Positions 49,877 to 63,725 of a stretch of DNA of 64,000 nucleotides are shown piece by piece. Each line of letters begins with the position of its first letter. Within the stretch, counting starts at the first letter, position 1. The stretch covers positions 780,616 to 844,615 of the forward strand of contig MU058584.1 of the NCBI GenBank assembly GCA_013265495.1, read 5' to 3'. Origin of the DNA: Vicugna vicugna (taxonomy: Eukaryota). The notes under the pieces are model-generated. The model made no database searches. It was not told where the DNA came from and saw only the letters and a program-made list of their open reading frames with translations. Made by a program: the position numbers and the translations under genes.

Positions 49877-51799
49877 GGGCCGCCCGGCCTTCAGCTGTGG
49901 CCGTGCGCAAGCCAGTGCACGGCCCTTCTTGCCGCAGAGCTGGAGTTACCTCAAGGTCCTGACTGTGATAGTTTAGTGTTTTTCTCCTGTTTTACCCTTG
50001 TTTCTTTAGGCTGGCGTGGATAAACACCGAGTTACTAGAACATCAAAAAAAAAAAAAAACAAATGAGTATTTTCTGACTGTCTTCACCCCCAGTTAGAGC
50101 GCTGTCTGCTCTTTCTCTTTCATGGCATTCGGTCTCTTGTAACAATTCCAGGGATTCTTCGGGGATGTCTGTCCTCCACGTCAGGAGGAGGCTCTGTCTC
50201 GCTCCTCTTCTTTCTGGGCTCCCTGCCGGCTCCTGGAGTGGCCCGCACAGTGGGGAAGGTGCCTGCAGCCATGGCATCTCCCATCCCCTCCAGCCCCCAG
50301 GGACCACCCGGGAACGTCTACCCTGGGCCACTGCACCAAAGCTGCACTGGGATGGCTCTGCTGGGCCGCACCTGCCAAGTCTTGCCGAACCCGGGTCCTC
50401 TTGATGCCATGATCTGGGTTTTTCCACTTAAAAGGAAATATCATTTTCATCCCACTTCAATGCCAGGATGCAGTTCTGTCTGGTGTTTTCAATGCCTCAC
50501 AGATAATATCTATCTGTCTGTCTGTCTGTCTGTCTCCCTCTCTCTCTCTATTTCTATATATGTATTTTTATATAGCTATATATCTCTATATAGATATATA
50601 CTTTTATATAGTTTATATATCTATATAGAGATATATATTTAATGAAAGCATATTTTTTTCAGCCTTAGAGGGATCAGTTCGAGATCCCTTTCCTGGGTGC
50701 TGAGAGACACCGCGCGTGTTGTCACATCGCAGCTGCTGGCATGAACAAGACATGGCATGCTGAACTCATTGCCACAGAGACATCAACACAGGGGAGGGTC
50801 AGTTGCCCCAAATGTGTAGCCTTGATTCTCTCCTCCTTAGGAGGAGTGACTTCCTTGGAGGAGCCTCAGCTCCTCATCAGACAGACTTCTGGAAAATTCC
50901 ATCTCAGAATTCCTCCACACAGGCGAGGCTGTATCTGAATCCCACGTGAGCTCCCCCAGGTCCTCTGCTGCATATCCACAGTGTGGAATCCCTGCCGGAC
51001 CTCCGGTTTCATCTGGGAAATCGGTGGGAGACCTGGAATTGCTGGACGCATAATAAAATGGTCATTCTGTTCTTATTTTGCCTGAGTTTCAAAGTGTTAG
51101 GGTTTCAAGTGCATGCCCTCAAACTTACATATAGCCTTTAAAATATGTGCCTTCTTTGAGGCTAAAAAGTATCTGCCTTTGCAGTGCACTTCCCCCCACC
51201 CCCTCAGCTGTGAGAAGAGCACGTGAAGGTGTGTGTGGTGCGCGGCTGGGGTCAAGGTTTCAGAGGCCTGACCCAAGCCTGGTGGAGGAAGAGAGGTGGT
51301 GCTGGGTGCCCGGTTTTCCCTTCTGGCTCCTTCGTCCTCTTGTGACTCAGGATCTCCTTCCCGGAGCCCTGCGCCCAGAGCTGCTCTCAGCCACCCCTCC
51401 TAACCTCACTGCTGTTTTTGTAGAGTTCTTCCCCATCTTAGGAAAAAGTGTCCCAAGATTTTACTTCTGTAAAATGAGTCCTATTTCCTTATTTCCTTTA
51501 GAGTCCACAGCTCTGAGACAGTTGGGAGAGGGTAGTTCCAGGTATGGTATGTGCATTTAAGAGGGTGTGCGGCAACCGCCAGCACCTAAAAGCAGGCTTT
51601 CAGGCCTGTGTGGGAGGAACCCGTGGTGAGGCAGGCTTGCTAGCGCTCAAGCATAGCAAGGTGCAGGCAGCCGCCGCCCCTCCACCTGTCTTTATTCTGT
51701 TCTGTGGCATCTCTGCCATCTGCAACAGGACGTGGCACCTCGTCAACACTCGAGAAACATTTACTGACTGGGTGCATCTATTCAGAGGTGATTCTGGAT

Positions 51800-52180
51800 T
51801 GTATCATTCAGGGTTCAACCAAAGAAGCAGAACCAGGACGAGGTATATATTAAAGGCTTGATCACAGGAGTTTGCTTAGATGATGGTGGGGCCTGCCTAG
51901 GGAGGTCCCACATCCGTAGAGCAGGCCGTTAGGAAAGGCAGGCGGGAGCTGCTGCTCACGGTGGAATGTCCTCTTCAGGGAAGTCTCAGCTCTGCTTCTA
52001 ATGCCTTTCGATCGATTGCATTGGTTCCACCTGGATTATCCAGGATGCTCTCTCTTACGCAAGGTCAGCTGATTATGGATTTTAATCACATCTGCAAAAC
52101 ACCTTCACAGTAACACCTAGATTAGTATTGAATAACCAGGCACTGGAGCTTAGCCAAGTTGACAGATCAAAAAGACCATG
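51800..52180 (-). mobile_element. ERVL solo LTR (MLT2-like)
   Basis: CAGGGTTCAACCA...GATTATCCAGGAT...TTAATCACATCT...CACCTTCACAGTAACACCTAGATTAGT...AGCCAAGTTGACA. Confidence 0.75.
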
Positions 52181-53115
52181 AACCAGTGATTTAAAGAAAC
52201 TGCTTGCCCCCTAGTTTCCTCTTGGGCATTGACAATATAGCTAGTATCAAGCTGAATACTTTTGATGGTATGGACTGAATTCAGCCTTGCTGCTCCTTCT
52301 GACTTCAGTTGCTTTAACCAAAAGTGCAAACCCTGAGCTTCTTCTGTCATCTGTTGATGCTCCAAGGCTCACATGGTCTGGAAGGGTAAGTGGCTCCTCT
52401 CTGATTTGCCAGGAGCAAGTGGTTATGTTAGCTGGGGAGCCAGCACACTAATTTCAGTGATTTGACTCTGGTACAAGTTCTGTGGGGCCAGAGGGTGGGA
52501 CGATGCTTTTTCCTCTGGCCCTGGTAAACATTTTATGCTTGTTATGGTGGTTGAAATGCTGGATTTCATCTTTTATTCGTGCGCCAAGAGGTTCACAGTA
52601 AATGAGGGGTGTGGTCTGTTAGGGGAAAGTGGCTGTGGCTTGGCCTCTCCGCACCCTGTCCTCACACACACATGTTCTGGAACATGCGAATGTGTCATGT
52701 GGGGGCTGCCCCTGGGAAACCATGGACCGTGGTCTGGGGGCGGGGAGGTGGCAGAGCGTGGTAGACACGGTGCTGGACCAGGAATGAATTTCGTTGCTAA
52801 CTACTACTAACTTCTCATCAGTGAGGCTTCTCCAGTCCTCTGCTCACCCCTTTATTACCCAGGACAGATTTATTTAGTGCCAGGCTGAGCAGTAGGCTTT
52901 AGGATTGAGCAGGGAACAAGATAGATGCTACCCTTGTCCTTTTACAGCTTACTTTCAAGCACTTTGAATGCATAATAATGATCCTATTCGTAGTGCTCAC
53001 TGAGGGTCATCCTGCCCCAAGCATGTTATGACAGAAGAAGCAGGGGGTTCGCATAGGTTAAGATCAGGGAATACTGTGGGAGGAGGTGACTATTATTAAT
53101 GCCTTTCCTACTTTG

Positions 53116-53740
53116 TTTTGTTTGTTTGTTTTTAATTTTATTGAGTTATAATCAGTTTACAATGTTGTGTCAATTTCCAGTGTAGAGCACAATTTTTCAG
53201 TTATACATGAATATACATATATTCATTGTCGCATTCTTTTTCACCGTGAGCCACCACAAGATCTTGTATATATTTGCCTGTGCTGTGCAGTATAATCTTG
53301 TTTATCTATTCTGTATATACCTGTCAATATCTACAAATTTCAAACTCCCAGTCTGTCCCTTCCCACCCTCCTCCCCACTGGCAACCACAAGTTTGTATTC
53401 TATGTCTATGAGTCTGTTTCTGTTTTGTATTTATGTTTCATTTGTCTTTTTCTTTTCTTTTCTTTTTTTCTTTTTTCTTTTTTTCTTTTAGTGATCTCAT
53501 ATGATATTTTTCTTTCTCTTTCTGGCTTACTTCACTTAGAATGACATTCTTCAGGGACATCTATGTTGCTGCAAATGGCGTTAGGTTGTCATTTTTATGG
53601 CCAAATAATATACCATTGCATAAATAAACCACATCTTCTTTATCCAGTCATCTGTTGATGGACATTTAGGCTGTCTCCGTGTCTTGGCTTTTGTAAATAG
53701 TGCTGCCGTGAACATTGGGTTGCAGGTGTCTTTCTGAAGT
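53116..53740 (-). mobile_element. Young 5'-truncated LINE-1 3' end with TSD
   Basis: Antisense L1 3' UTR similar to 35555-36032. TSD CTTTCCTACTTTG (53103-53115 / 53741-53753). Confidence 0.93.
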
Positions 53741-56224
53741 CTTTCCTACTTTGGAGTCATGTCCTTTCCCTGATTCTCTTTTCTTCTCCTCTGTGTCCTC
53801 TCCCTTGGCCATTTTGGGCCACCTCCTGGTTTCTCTGTCTTATTCAAAGGACTCTTTCTGATCAGCCTCTAGCCCGACCTTTTGCCGAAGCTCTCGTCTT
53901 AAGTCCCCAGCTGCATGATGGACACCTCCTCATGGGGACCCTTAGGCATTTCAAAGACACAGCATCTTTAGAAGAACTCAACAATGCCATTGTATCTTTT
54001 TCTTCCCTTTTCTGTCTCTGATAATTTTATCACAATTCCTTTTTTTCATTTAGGTAAAGAACTTAGTCATCTTTGACCTAGCCTTTCCATTGCACCTGCC
54101 AGTTGCTTATACCCTTTGTATACTGGGCCAGTCATTAACTACTGTGCTGCAATTATTTTGTCTATAATAAAAGAGTTGTGCTCATCTCATAAGATTGTGA
54201 TAAAGATTAAATGAGTCCATGCAAGGGCAGTGATATAATATCAGCAGTCTATCCAGGTAGATCCTCTGGTTCCTTGTTTCTCAGTATTTTTCCTCTTATA
54301 CCTTGGCTTTTTGCTTTTCTAACTCTCATTGTCTATTATATTTCTGAATTGTTGTTTGCAGTCTACAGACTAGTAGCTAGACCTTCATGAACTACATGAG
54401 ACATTATATACTTGTTTTTCTTCATGTTTCTCTAAAAACATGCATGCTCTCTCTCCCTTTCTCTGTATACACACATACACACACCCACAAACACATATAC
54501 ATACAAAAATATACACATATATATACTAAACTATAAATGCACATATATATTCACACATATGCATATATGTACTAAACTATACAAACACACACGTATACAC
54601 ATAGACTTACATATACTCCCTTCTTTGTTTCTTAATTAATTGACTTAATGTTTTGACAATGCTTCTAAATGGAAAAGATATAGGCAAATCCGTATTCATT
54701 GTGTAATGGTGAAAGATTAATTTTTCCAAACTATCCAGACTAATCATGCTTTCCATCACACTAATCATGAGCTACATTTTTTTCCCCAATGTACCAGTCT
54801 CTCTGATGAGGGTGGACTGTACTCACTTTCTTAGTGAAAGTTACCAGGGGGCATGCTCTCAGGGACTCCCTGTCCCTATGAGATGGAGCCACTCAGAAAC
54901 ACGGAAAACCTTCCTCGAGATAAGCTCATGTAAATGGCTTCTGTGATGAAAATAGCATCGTGAGGTAGTGCCAGCGATTTCAGGTTCACAAAGGACGGTT
55001 AGAATTTTCCCCGGTTCATTGCACACTGTAATTTCATCATTACATACATCCTTTAATTATGGGCTCTAATTGTGCATTTTAGTTCTGTAATTAAATATAA
55101 AGATGTTAATTTTGTAGATGTTCCAGTCAGCTCAGATATACTTTCAGATTCTTCCCCCTACCCCACCTTTCAAAGAAAATTACTACATCATTAAAAAGTT
55201 TGTGCACGGAAGGAGCCTCTCAGAGGGCTGCTTTTGGGAGCCACTGGCTGTTTGCATGGGAGGGGCCCTGGTTCAGGAAGGATACAGGAATGTTATCCTG
55301 ATTATATTCCCCATAGACTGTGCAGATTCATGTCAGAGAGACCTCGCTGGGTCTAGGGCAGTGAGAACTCCTTTCATTTATATAGAACTGGTTTCTCTTG
55401 ACTGGACTATTTAAAGGTGACATCAATTCTTAATGAATCATAGGAGAGGGAAGAACTGATGTTAGAGCAGCTCTGGCTCTTTATTTCTCTTGTGACTTAT
55501 TAAAGATGAAAAGGCATTTTGGATTACTGGAGTTTATAGTTTGTGTATGGGCAGCTGATTATCTATCTATGTTTCTGTCTATCAATCTACCTATTTATCT
55601 ATCTGTCTATTTATTTATCAATCTATCTGTCACCAGGAAGAGAGAGAGAGACCGAGAGAGAGAAGAGAGAGCAATTGCTTTACATTTTTAACAAGCACAG
55701 ACCCGAGTTAAACTAGAATTCATTTTATAAGAACTCTCAGTAATTCAGATCTTTCTTCATTTCTTTCTCTACTTAAAAAAAAAAGGCTGAAAAACAGGAT
55801 TTTCCCCCGTGGACCACATTATGTCCATTGTATCCTATATATTCTGCATATTTATCTAGTTGCCCCCATTTATAAATCTAAGCAAAGGGAGGCAATTTGA
55901 TAGAGCGTATCACAGGACACAGCATGCCTCGTAATTATTTTCCCCAACATGTAAATTCCTTTTGGACAGCAATTCGATCCTTTTCGTATATCCACTAAGA
56001 GGTTATCCAGTGTTTAACACAGAGCCTGGAACATATTCCATACTCAGTAATACGTATTGAGGAATGAATGGTTGAATAACAGACACTCTGCCTCCTAGGA
56101 ATGAGTCATTTGGAGCAGGATTAATCTGCTTTCATAGGTAATCAACAAACAGGGTAAAGTGTGACATTTATCTTTTGGTGAGAGCAGAACATCCTTTTTG
56201 TTTACTGTTTCACCAACAGATATC

Positions 56225-56465
56225 CCTTTCCCCCTCAATTTAAAAAATTGAAGTAAAACATGCATAACATAAAAATATCATCTTAACTATTTAAAAGCAT
56301 AAAGTTCAGTGATATTAAATATATTCATAATGTGCAACCATCATCGTCACCCATCTCCATAGCTCTTTTTATCCAGTAACTCTGTATCCATTAAACAGTA
56401 ATTCCTCATTTTTCCCTCCCCTCAGCCCCTGGCTACCACCGTCCTACTTCCTACCTCTATGATCC
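56225..56465 (-). mobile_element. Older LINE-1 3' end (L1MA/MB-like)
   Basis: ATAACATAAAA...CATCTTAACTATTT...TTCAGTG...TGTGCAACCATCA...CCCTCAGCCCCTGGCTACCAC. Confidence 0.7.
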
Positions 56466-56490
56466 CACTTTTGTTTTCACAAGTTCTTTT

Positions 56491-56629
56491 TATTTTATTG
56501 AAGTATAGTCAGTTTACAATGTTGTGTCAATTTCTGGTGTACAGCATCATGTTTCGTCACCCATATACATACATATATTCCTTTTCACATTCTTTTTTCA
56601 TTACAGGTTACTACAAGATATCAAGTATG
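56491..56629 (-). mobile_element. Very short LINE-1 3' end with long TSD
   Basis: ATTGAAGTATAGTCAGTTTACAATGTTGTGTCAATTTCTGGTGTACAGC. TSD TGTTTTCACAAGTTCTTTT (56472-56490) / TGTTTTCACCAGTTCTTTT (56630-56648). Confidence 0.88.
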
Positions 56630-57721
56630 TGTTTTCACCAGTTCTTTTGAACATGCAAATCAGTCTGAGTTTGGGTCCTACGTCTGCCACTCACTCATAT
56701 TCTGATAGAGACTATTGTATAAAGAAACTTATCATTGGCTAATTACTTTGTAATTGTTATTACTAAAGCTAATATCAATGTTGGAAACCCATATAGAATT
56801 TCCTTTCTAGAACCACTTTATCAGCGAGGGATGAATACTGCAAACCCAAGTTTTCACGATTGGGAGCAGAGGAGAAACACTGCTTCAGTCAGCAAGCACT
56901 TCCTAAGAGCTCTTCATGATCCAGGGACTCTGCTGGACGCTGTGGATATGGGAATGGATAATACAAGGGTCATAGGCTAGTAAACAAGTGGATGGAAGAA
57001 AGGGATGCTGGCCTTGGCATAGCATTGACCACACGGTGGAGTGGTTGGGACCACAAAGGACATGTGGTCCCTTCTGTGGCGGGTTGATGGTGGGAAAGGG
57101 GAGGTTGGTGGTCATGTCACTGTTGGTTGTGAGTTCACCAGTTGAAAGGAACAGATGAGCAAAGGCCTGGCGGCTGGACATAGGCTGGGGCCCTTAAGGA
57201 ACCACACTTTGGCCTGCTGAAGCATGTATTTTAAAGAGAATGTGCCTGGCCCAAAGATTTGCACATATTAGGCACTTAGTTAATAGTTAGTAAATGAAGG
57301 AGTGGATCAAAGCGGCAGAGGGGAGGCTAGAGACATTGGCGGAGGCAGGATCCCTGAGGGCCTCGTAGGCCGTGCTGGGATTGGTGATGGGAACGGAGAG
57401 GCGGCCAATGGAATTCTCTTTAAACACAGAAGAGCTCCTACTGATTTGAATTTTTTTTAAATCCCTGTGGCTGCAGAACAGAGAATGGATTGGAGAGAAT
57501 GAGGCTGAAGCCATAAGCCCAGACAAGAAGGGTAGCAGCATTGGCTGGGAGCTGTAGTGTAGGCGAGAAGAGCATTCAGAGGCTGTTACCTAACCCAGGG
57601 AGCCGCCCTGGAGGTGCAGAGGGGCAGAGACAGGCAGGCGGGACATCGCAGTCTGGCGACTGATTGCAGTGTGTGGGCACAATTAAGTTGAATGTGCGCG
57701 TTGGAGAGAGAAAGTTGGAAA

Positions 57722-57930
57722 GTGTGTGTGTGTGTGTGTGCGCACATGCACAAGTTGGAGCCTGTATGTGTGTACGCTTGAGTTGGAATATTGTATGTGT
57801 ATACCTACACATTGTAGGTATACACATACAATGTATATAGTGAGTTGAGTGTGTGTGTGTGTGTGTGTTGGAATGATATGCAAGCTAGTGCACTGGAATG
57901 TGTGTGTTGTGTGTGTGTGCGTGTGCACGC
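57722..57930. repeat. Compound (TG)n microsatellite cluster
   Basis: Three (TG)n runs with short degenerate spacers, seen directly. Confidence 0.85.
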
Positions 57931-59904
57931 ACCCATGAGTGCAAGTGAGCAGTCAGAACCAATTTCTCCTAATTACTTATCTATTTGGCCTAAAGGCTTA
58001 TGAAGTCTCCTTATGCCTTACTCCTGATCACATGCTCCAAGTCACACGCAGAAATGGGCAGAACAGCTCAGTGCAGTAATTCCATCCTGACTCACCCTAA
58101 GCAGTTTCCAGCCAAATTCATTAATTGCTCCCCCTCTTTATGCTCACACAGCACTTTCCTCCATTGCACTTGTCACACCACTATTTTTCTGAGTTTATAT
58201 AATGCTTTCTCCTTGCTAGCCTGTGAAACCCTTAAGGATGGGAAAGTGTGTCATTTATCTTTCTATCCTGAGAGCCTAACTTATTCAGGCACACAGTAGG
58301 TTCTCAGCTAGCATTTGTTGAATACGCTAAAGGAAACGCAGCATTTTTATAGCTTGCTTTGCCAAAACTGAAAGTCTCTGATGCAAAGTGCCATTATTGT
58401 CTCCTGTATTTTGGAAACAAAATAACAGTCACCAATGTTAAAGAACCTACTACGTGCTAGGCACAATGCCAGGTACCTTATGTGCAATGTTTTTAAAAGT
58501 CCTTGGAGTTTAAAGAATCCTAGGAGGTGAATATTATCAACTGCCTTCTACAAATGACAGAGAGAGGCTCACTAAAGCCAGGTAACCACCTGGCCAAGTC
58601 ACACAGGTAGGAAGTAGAAAGAAAGTAGGAAGAAAGCTTGGCTCCTCCGCTCTGGTGCTCTGCAGTCTGCCCTTCCCCGTGGCGCCCCAGCCCAGCTCTC
58701 CATTTCCTGCACCATGGCAGAAGCCCTGCCCTTCCTGTGAGAAATAAAAGGGTTTAATCTGGTCAAAAGGAAACAGTGTTTCCTCTGTGCTCAAGGGCAG
58801 AGAGGGAACCAAAACCAATATTATCCCAGAGATGTGGCCAGTTTGGGTTCACGCCAGCTCTGGAGGCTGGAAGCTGGTTCCCAGGAGCACAGGAGGAATG
58901 ATAATCGTTCATGTGAGATCCAAGCTCACGGCAGGTTGAGGATAGATTCCCTTTCCCTCGAGGGCTTGCCTTTTTCTTTTCTTCACCCAAGATCTAGGCG
59001 GGTTGCTTTCTACTCCAGGGGAAGCCACTTCCAAGTTCTCTGCTACTGGATTGAAAATTCCAAATTTATCGAGGATTTACTGTTTCCAACTCTGCTAGTT
59101 ATTGTGGTGGATTCAAAAAAAGGGGCAACGACCCCCTATCTCTAGGTTGCCTTGCACATAATTGGTATTCTGTTAATACTTTATTTGTTGATGGGTACCA
59201 ACTGGCTGGTTACTCTTTGCAAGACTCCATCATGGATGAATCCCAGTTGGTCTTTTCAGGCTGCTTGGCTCTTTTCCCGGTGGGTTTCTCATTGTCACGG
59301 GGAACCCAGGGAGAAAGAGGAAGCACAGAGGAGGCTCTCCTACGTGAACAGTTCAGGGCACCCAAGGGAGGTCTTTTAGCTTGTTTTCTTTCTGCCTGAC
59401 TTTTCCACACTCTCCAACTCAGATGACATCCACACAGTCTTTTTACTTAGCATCCTGGGGCTGAATAGCGTCTCCCAGGGAGCCCTCAGCCCTGGGAACT
59501 GGGCAGAAATCAACCTGGGAGGTTATGAATTTCGGGGCCGGCGGTGATTTCAGAGCTGCAGGAAGGTGTCCTACTTCCAAAACCACTTCCCTCAACTGCT
59601 GGATATTAGCTTGATTCCCTCCACTTAAGGCTTAGATCTCTGCTTTAGATGCACTGCTTATCACCTCTCCCACTTTGCAGTGTTTTTACCTATGCTGGAG
59701 CTTGTGCAAAGGTTCTTTTTTTTTTTTTTAAACAAACAAATTATAGAAGGGGAAGCAAGAAGAGTTCAGGCAACTTGTAGGGAAGGGAGAAGGTGAATTT
59801 GGTGAGACCTGAAGCTAATAAACATAGCTCATTTGGGGAACACTGACTTCCGCAGACAGATCTTCCAACATATAGTAGTTACATGTAGTTAGATAAGATA
59901 TAGA

Positions 59905-60165
59905 GAGTTACAACAGTTAAGAACATGGCCCTGCAGCCAAACTGGCTGCATTCAAGAGCTGACTGTGTTACCTGCCAGTTGTGTGGTTTTGAGCAGGTTA
60001 GGGAACTTCTCTGAGCCTTAGTTTACTCCTATGTAACTTAGTGATAATACTTATTTTTAACCTCATGGTGTTGCTGTGGGGATTAAATAAAGCAATATAT
60101 GTGGAAAACTAAGAATAGTGCATGACACACAGTAAACACTCATTAAAAAGGGCTATTATTAATAT
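59905..60165 (+). mobile_element. MIR SINE, near full length
   Basis: GTTAAGAACATGG...CTTCTCTGAGCCTTAGTTT...ACCTCATGGTGTTGCTGTGGGGATTAAAT...ACACAGTAAACACTCA...GCTATTATT. Confidence 0.8.
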
Positions 60166-60678
60166 TTGGTCTGTCTAAATAAAGTCTGTCTTACCTGGTG
60201 TGTCAGTCTCTCTCAAATAAACCCTCTGGGATTTAGCTTGGAAACCTAGGCTTGCAGAAAGTCAGGGCTGGGAGGAAGTTTAGAGACTTTCTTTTGGAGA
60301 TGAGGAAATGTAGGCCCAAGGTCACATAGCAAGTCACCGAGGCATTAGAAAACACTGTCCTGTCTGTGGCCCAGAACACATTTTTTCTTACAAAGCTGCT
60401 CATCCTTGGCCTGGAGGGTGGATGGACCAGCCCTCCAGGTGTGACCTCAAGTCTCCCTGTAAATCCATCTCTCCTCAAACAGTGGCACAATTTCTATGGG
60501 AGTCTCTCAGATCACACCGTAGGTTGTGTTCAAAGACCAGTGAGGTGGAGAAACTGCCCCAGACACTGGTCCCCACGTGGAACTTGGTGAGGGGAGCTCA
60601 GTGAAGTCTGAGGGGTCTGGAGGCCTGTCCCTGAAGGAAAAGTCTTGAGGACATCTGATATGGAATGAGAAACACAAA

Positions 60679-60722
60679 AATTCTCAAAGACACAGTTGAA
60701 AATTCTCAAAGACACAGTTGAA
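60679..60722. repeat. Perfect 22-bp tandem duplication
   Basis: AATTCTCAAAGACACAGTTGAA repeated twice. Confidence 0.92.
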
Positions 60723-62519
60723 CATCTTAAAGTCAAGGACTTGAAATTTTTGTCATGATGGTTCCTGCCATGCGGAGGCACGTTCTTAACAAGAATGATG
60801 CTCCCAAGCTCATTTCTTTCTTGTTTAAGGCCTCAGTTCACTGGCCTTAGACATATTTACAATGATTTTGGGAAAAAATGGACTCCTTTAAAAAGAAGTA
60901 TAAAAATAATACAACGCCACCACAGACAAGATTTCTTTTCCAGTGGAGAGGACTTTACTCATAATCTGATTAGTCTAACCCATTTCAGTCTTTTTCAAAA
61001 GACACTAAATTTTATAAAATTGACATTGTATAGCTGGCTATTTCTAGGAAATCTCAAGTCCTTCTCTTGGATCAGCACTTGCTCGCTGTTCTCAGAAAAG
61101 TCAGTCTGGCTTCATTTTTGGGAGAAAAATGTTGCATCCTTTCAAATGGGAGCATCAGAGTCTATCTGTGACAGATGTGGTAGGAACTAGACATTGAGTC
61201 TGAGCTCTGCTTCCCTGTTTGCTGGATGACCTTGAGAAAGTGTCTTCACCTTTCTGGGATCTGCTTTCTAGCTTTTATAACGTGGATTACTGCCACAGGC
61301 TGACAGCATTAGCTTGTTTCCTGTGTAGTGTGCTCAGTCTTGACACAGGAAAAGGTTTCCAGCCACTCCAGGTAAAATCTCATCTAGTCTTTAACTGCAG
61401 TTTGGTTTGACTGATCTATATGATTTATAATTGTGAATTGATTGAGTTTTATTATCTGTTTTTCTTCTCTGCTGGATTCCCAAGTCCTCTCCTCTTTGTG
61501 GTGACAGGAGTCATTTACCAGATCATTTTCTTCTTCTATTTTCATTATTTAAGCCGCTCAATTCAGCCCAGATCCTAGGAGACCCAGCATAGATGGTGGG
61601 GGTGGTAGGAGAGTGCACGTTCCGAGTGTGGGGATGTTCACAGCTGGAGGGAGCCATGGGTTCTGCGTAAAACACCACTCCTCTGCCCGGAGTCATCTTA
61701 TTAGCTGCTTCATTTCAAGGGAGGAAGGTTAATTTTGGGTCCCCCTTGGAACACGGAGGGGACTCTTGCCAAATCCAGGATCGCCTTGAGCTGTAACCTC
61801 ATGAGGCCCCTGGATGGGTCTGTGTGTCTGCATTGGACCAGACCCAGGGTGCTGCCCTGTGTCCTATCCCCAGTGAGGGTGCAGGGTGGGGGTCAGTGTT
61901 TATCTTGGTGGGCCTCACTTGAACTGGACACTGCTGTTTTGTTGGTTCAGGTTGAAGTATATTTCTTTTTTTAATTGCCCCGGCACTCTCCCCAGGCACT
62001 TGGTCTGCCGATGCTGTTGGCCCCTGCTGCTCTGATCCCCTGGGATCATGAGGAGAGCACTGTTTCTCCCTGCTGGCCCCAGCCTAGCAGCAGCCAATCA
62101 TGGCTGGCATGCATGGCTACAAGTACTTGTCAAAGGTCTAGCCAGTGAACTAGAACTTCAGTTCTCTCCCTAGTGGGGCTGAAGCTCCTGAGCAGGTGGA
62201 CCTGTTGGGATATGTATAACCTGTGCCAAACAACTCCTGGGGCAAGAACTGGGCAGCCTGCTTGCTGTCGAGCTCAGGTTGTGAAGCACAGTAGGTACAA
62301 TTAAGCATACTGGAGCCAGGCTGGGCTCAAATTCCACCTCCACTGCTACCTGGATGCATTAATGTAGGCAAACATGTCTCAGTTTCCTAATCTGTAAAAC
62401 GGGTATATTTTGAAGGTTCTGAGGCTATTGTGTTGAGGATTGAATGAACTAACACATTAGATTGAAACACATGTGACTGCTGGTATTTTAACTGTTTTAA
62501 ACCTATGAACATAACAAGG

Positions 62520-63725
62520 ATTAGTAGAGTGTTTTAAAAACATGACAACTATGTGCTGTCTAAGAAACTCACTTTAAATATAATGATATAGGCATGTTGA
62601 AAGACAAAGATAAGAAAAGCTATATTATGCAAATATTTACCAAAAGAAAGCAGAAGTGGCTGTATTAATAGATGTGAAAATCCTCAACAAAATATCAGCA
62701 AATAAAATACAACATTGTATTTATACATTCTTTTTAAAGAATTGTACACTGCGACCAAGAGGGACTTATTCCAGCTGGGCAAAGGTAGTTCAATACAAAA
62801 AATCACATGATTACATTAGTTGATGTAGAAAACTCATTTGACAACATCCAACACCCATTCATGATAAAAACTCTCAGCAAATTAGGAATAGAGAGGAATT
62901 GCCTCACTTGATAAGAGTATCTATAAAAAGTCTATAGCAAACCGTGTACTTAATAATGAAAGACTGAATACTTTCTCCCTAAGACTGGAATCAAGGTAGG
63001 AATGTCTGTCTTGATACTTTTATTCAACATAGTACTGGAAGTTCTAGCCATTGCAAAAAATTAATAAAGATATGTAGGTTGGGAAGGGAGAAATAAAACT
63101 ACATTTAAAGATGACATGATTGCTTACTTATAAAATCCCAAGAAATCTACCAAAATCCCCTTCTTGGAGCCAATAGAGGGATTCAGCAGAGTCACAGGAT
63201 ACAAACTCACCAAGCTCATAAGATAAAAAAAAAAATCAGTTGTATTTCCATATACTAGCAACAAATGTGGATACCAAAATAAAAAAAAAGACATTTATAA
63301 TCACTAAAAAATTCTTAAGTATAAATTTAATAAAACATGCACAGAACTTGTTTGCTGAAAATTATAAAACCTGAGGAAAGAAATCAAAACTCCTAAATAA
63401 ATGAAGAAACATACTATGTTCATGGATTGGAAAACAATATAGTAAAGATGCCAATTCTGCCCAAATGGATATATGGGCTTGTCACAACTCCTTTCAAAAT
63501 ATTAGCATTTTTAATGAATCCAGAGCATATTATTCTAAAATGCAGATGGAAAGGGCAAATAATTATAATAACTAGAGCAATTTTGAAAATGAAGAATAGA
63601 GTGGGAGGAATCAGTCTACCCTATTTGAAGACTTAAGTGGCTGCAGTAATCAAGACTGTGTGGCACTGGCAGAAGAATAGACACACAGATCAAAGGAACA
63701 CAATAGAGAATCCAGAAATAGACCC
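62520..63725 (+). mobile_element. Old LINE-1 ORF2 fragments (L1M-type)
   Basis: Peptides NIVKMPILPKWIY...KNRVGGISLP (63427-63636) and AVIKTVWHWQKNRHTDQRNTIENPEID (from 63637); also AAAATCCTCAACAAAATA and CATTCATGATAAAAACTCTCA motifs. Confidence 0.85.
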
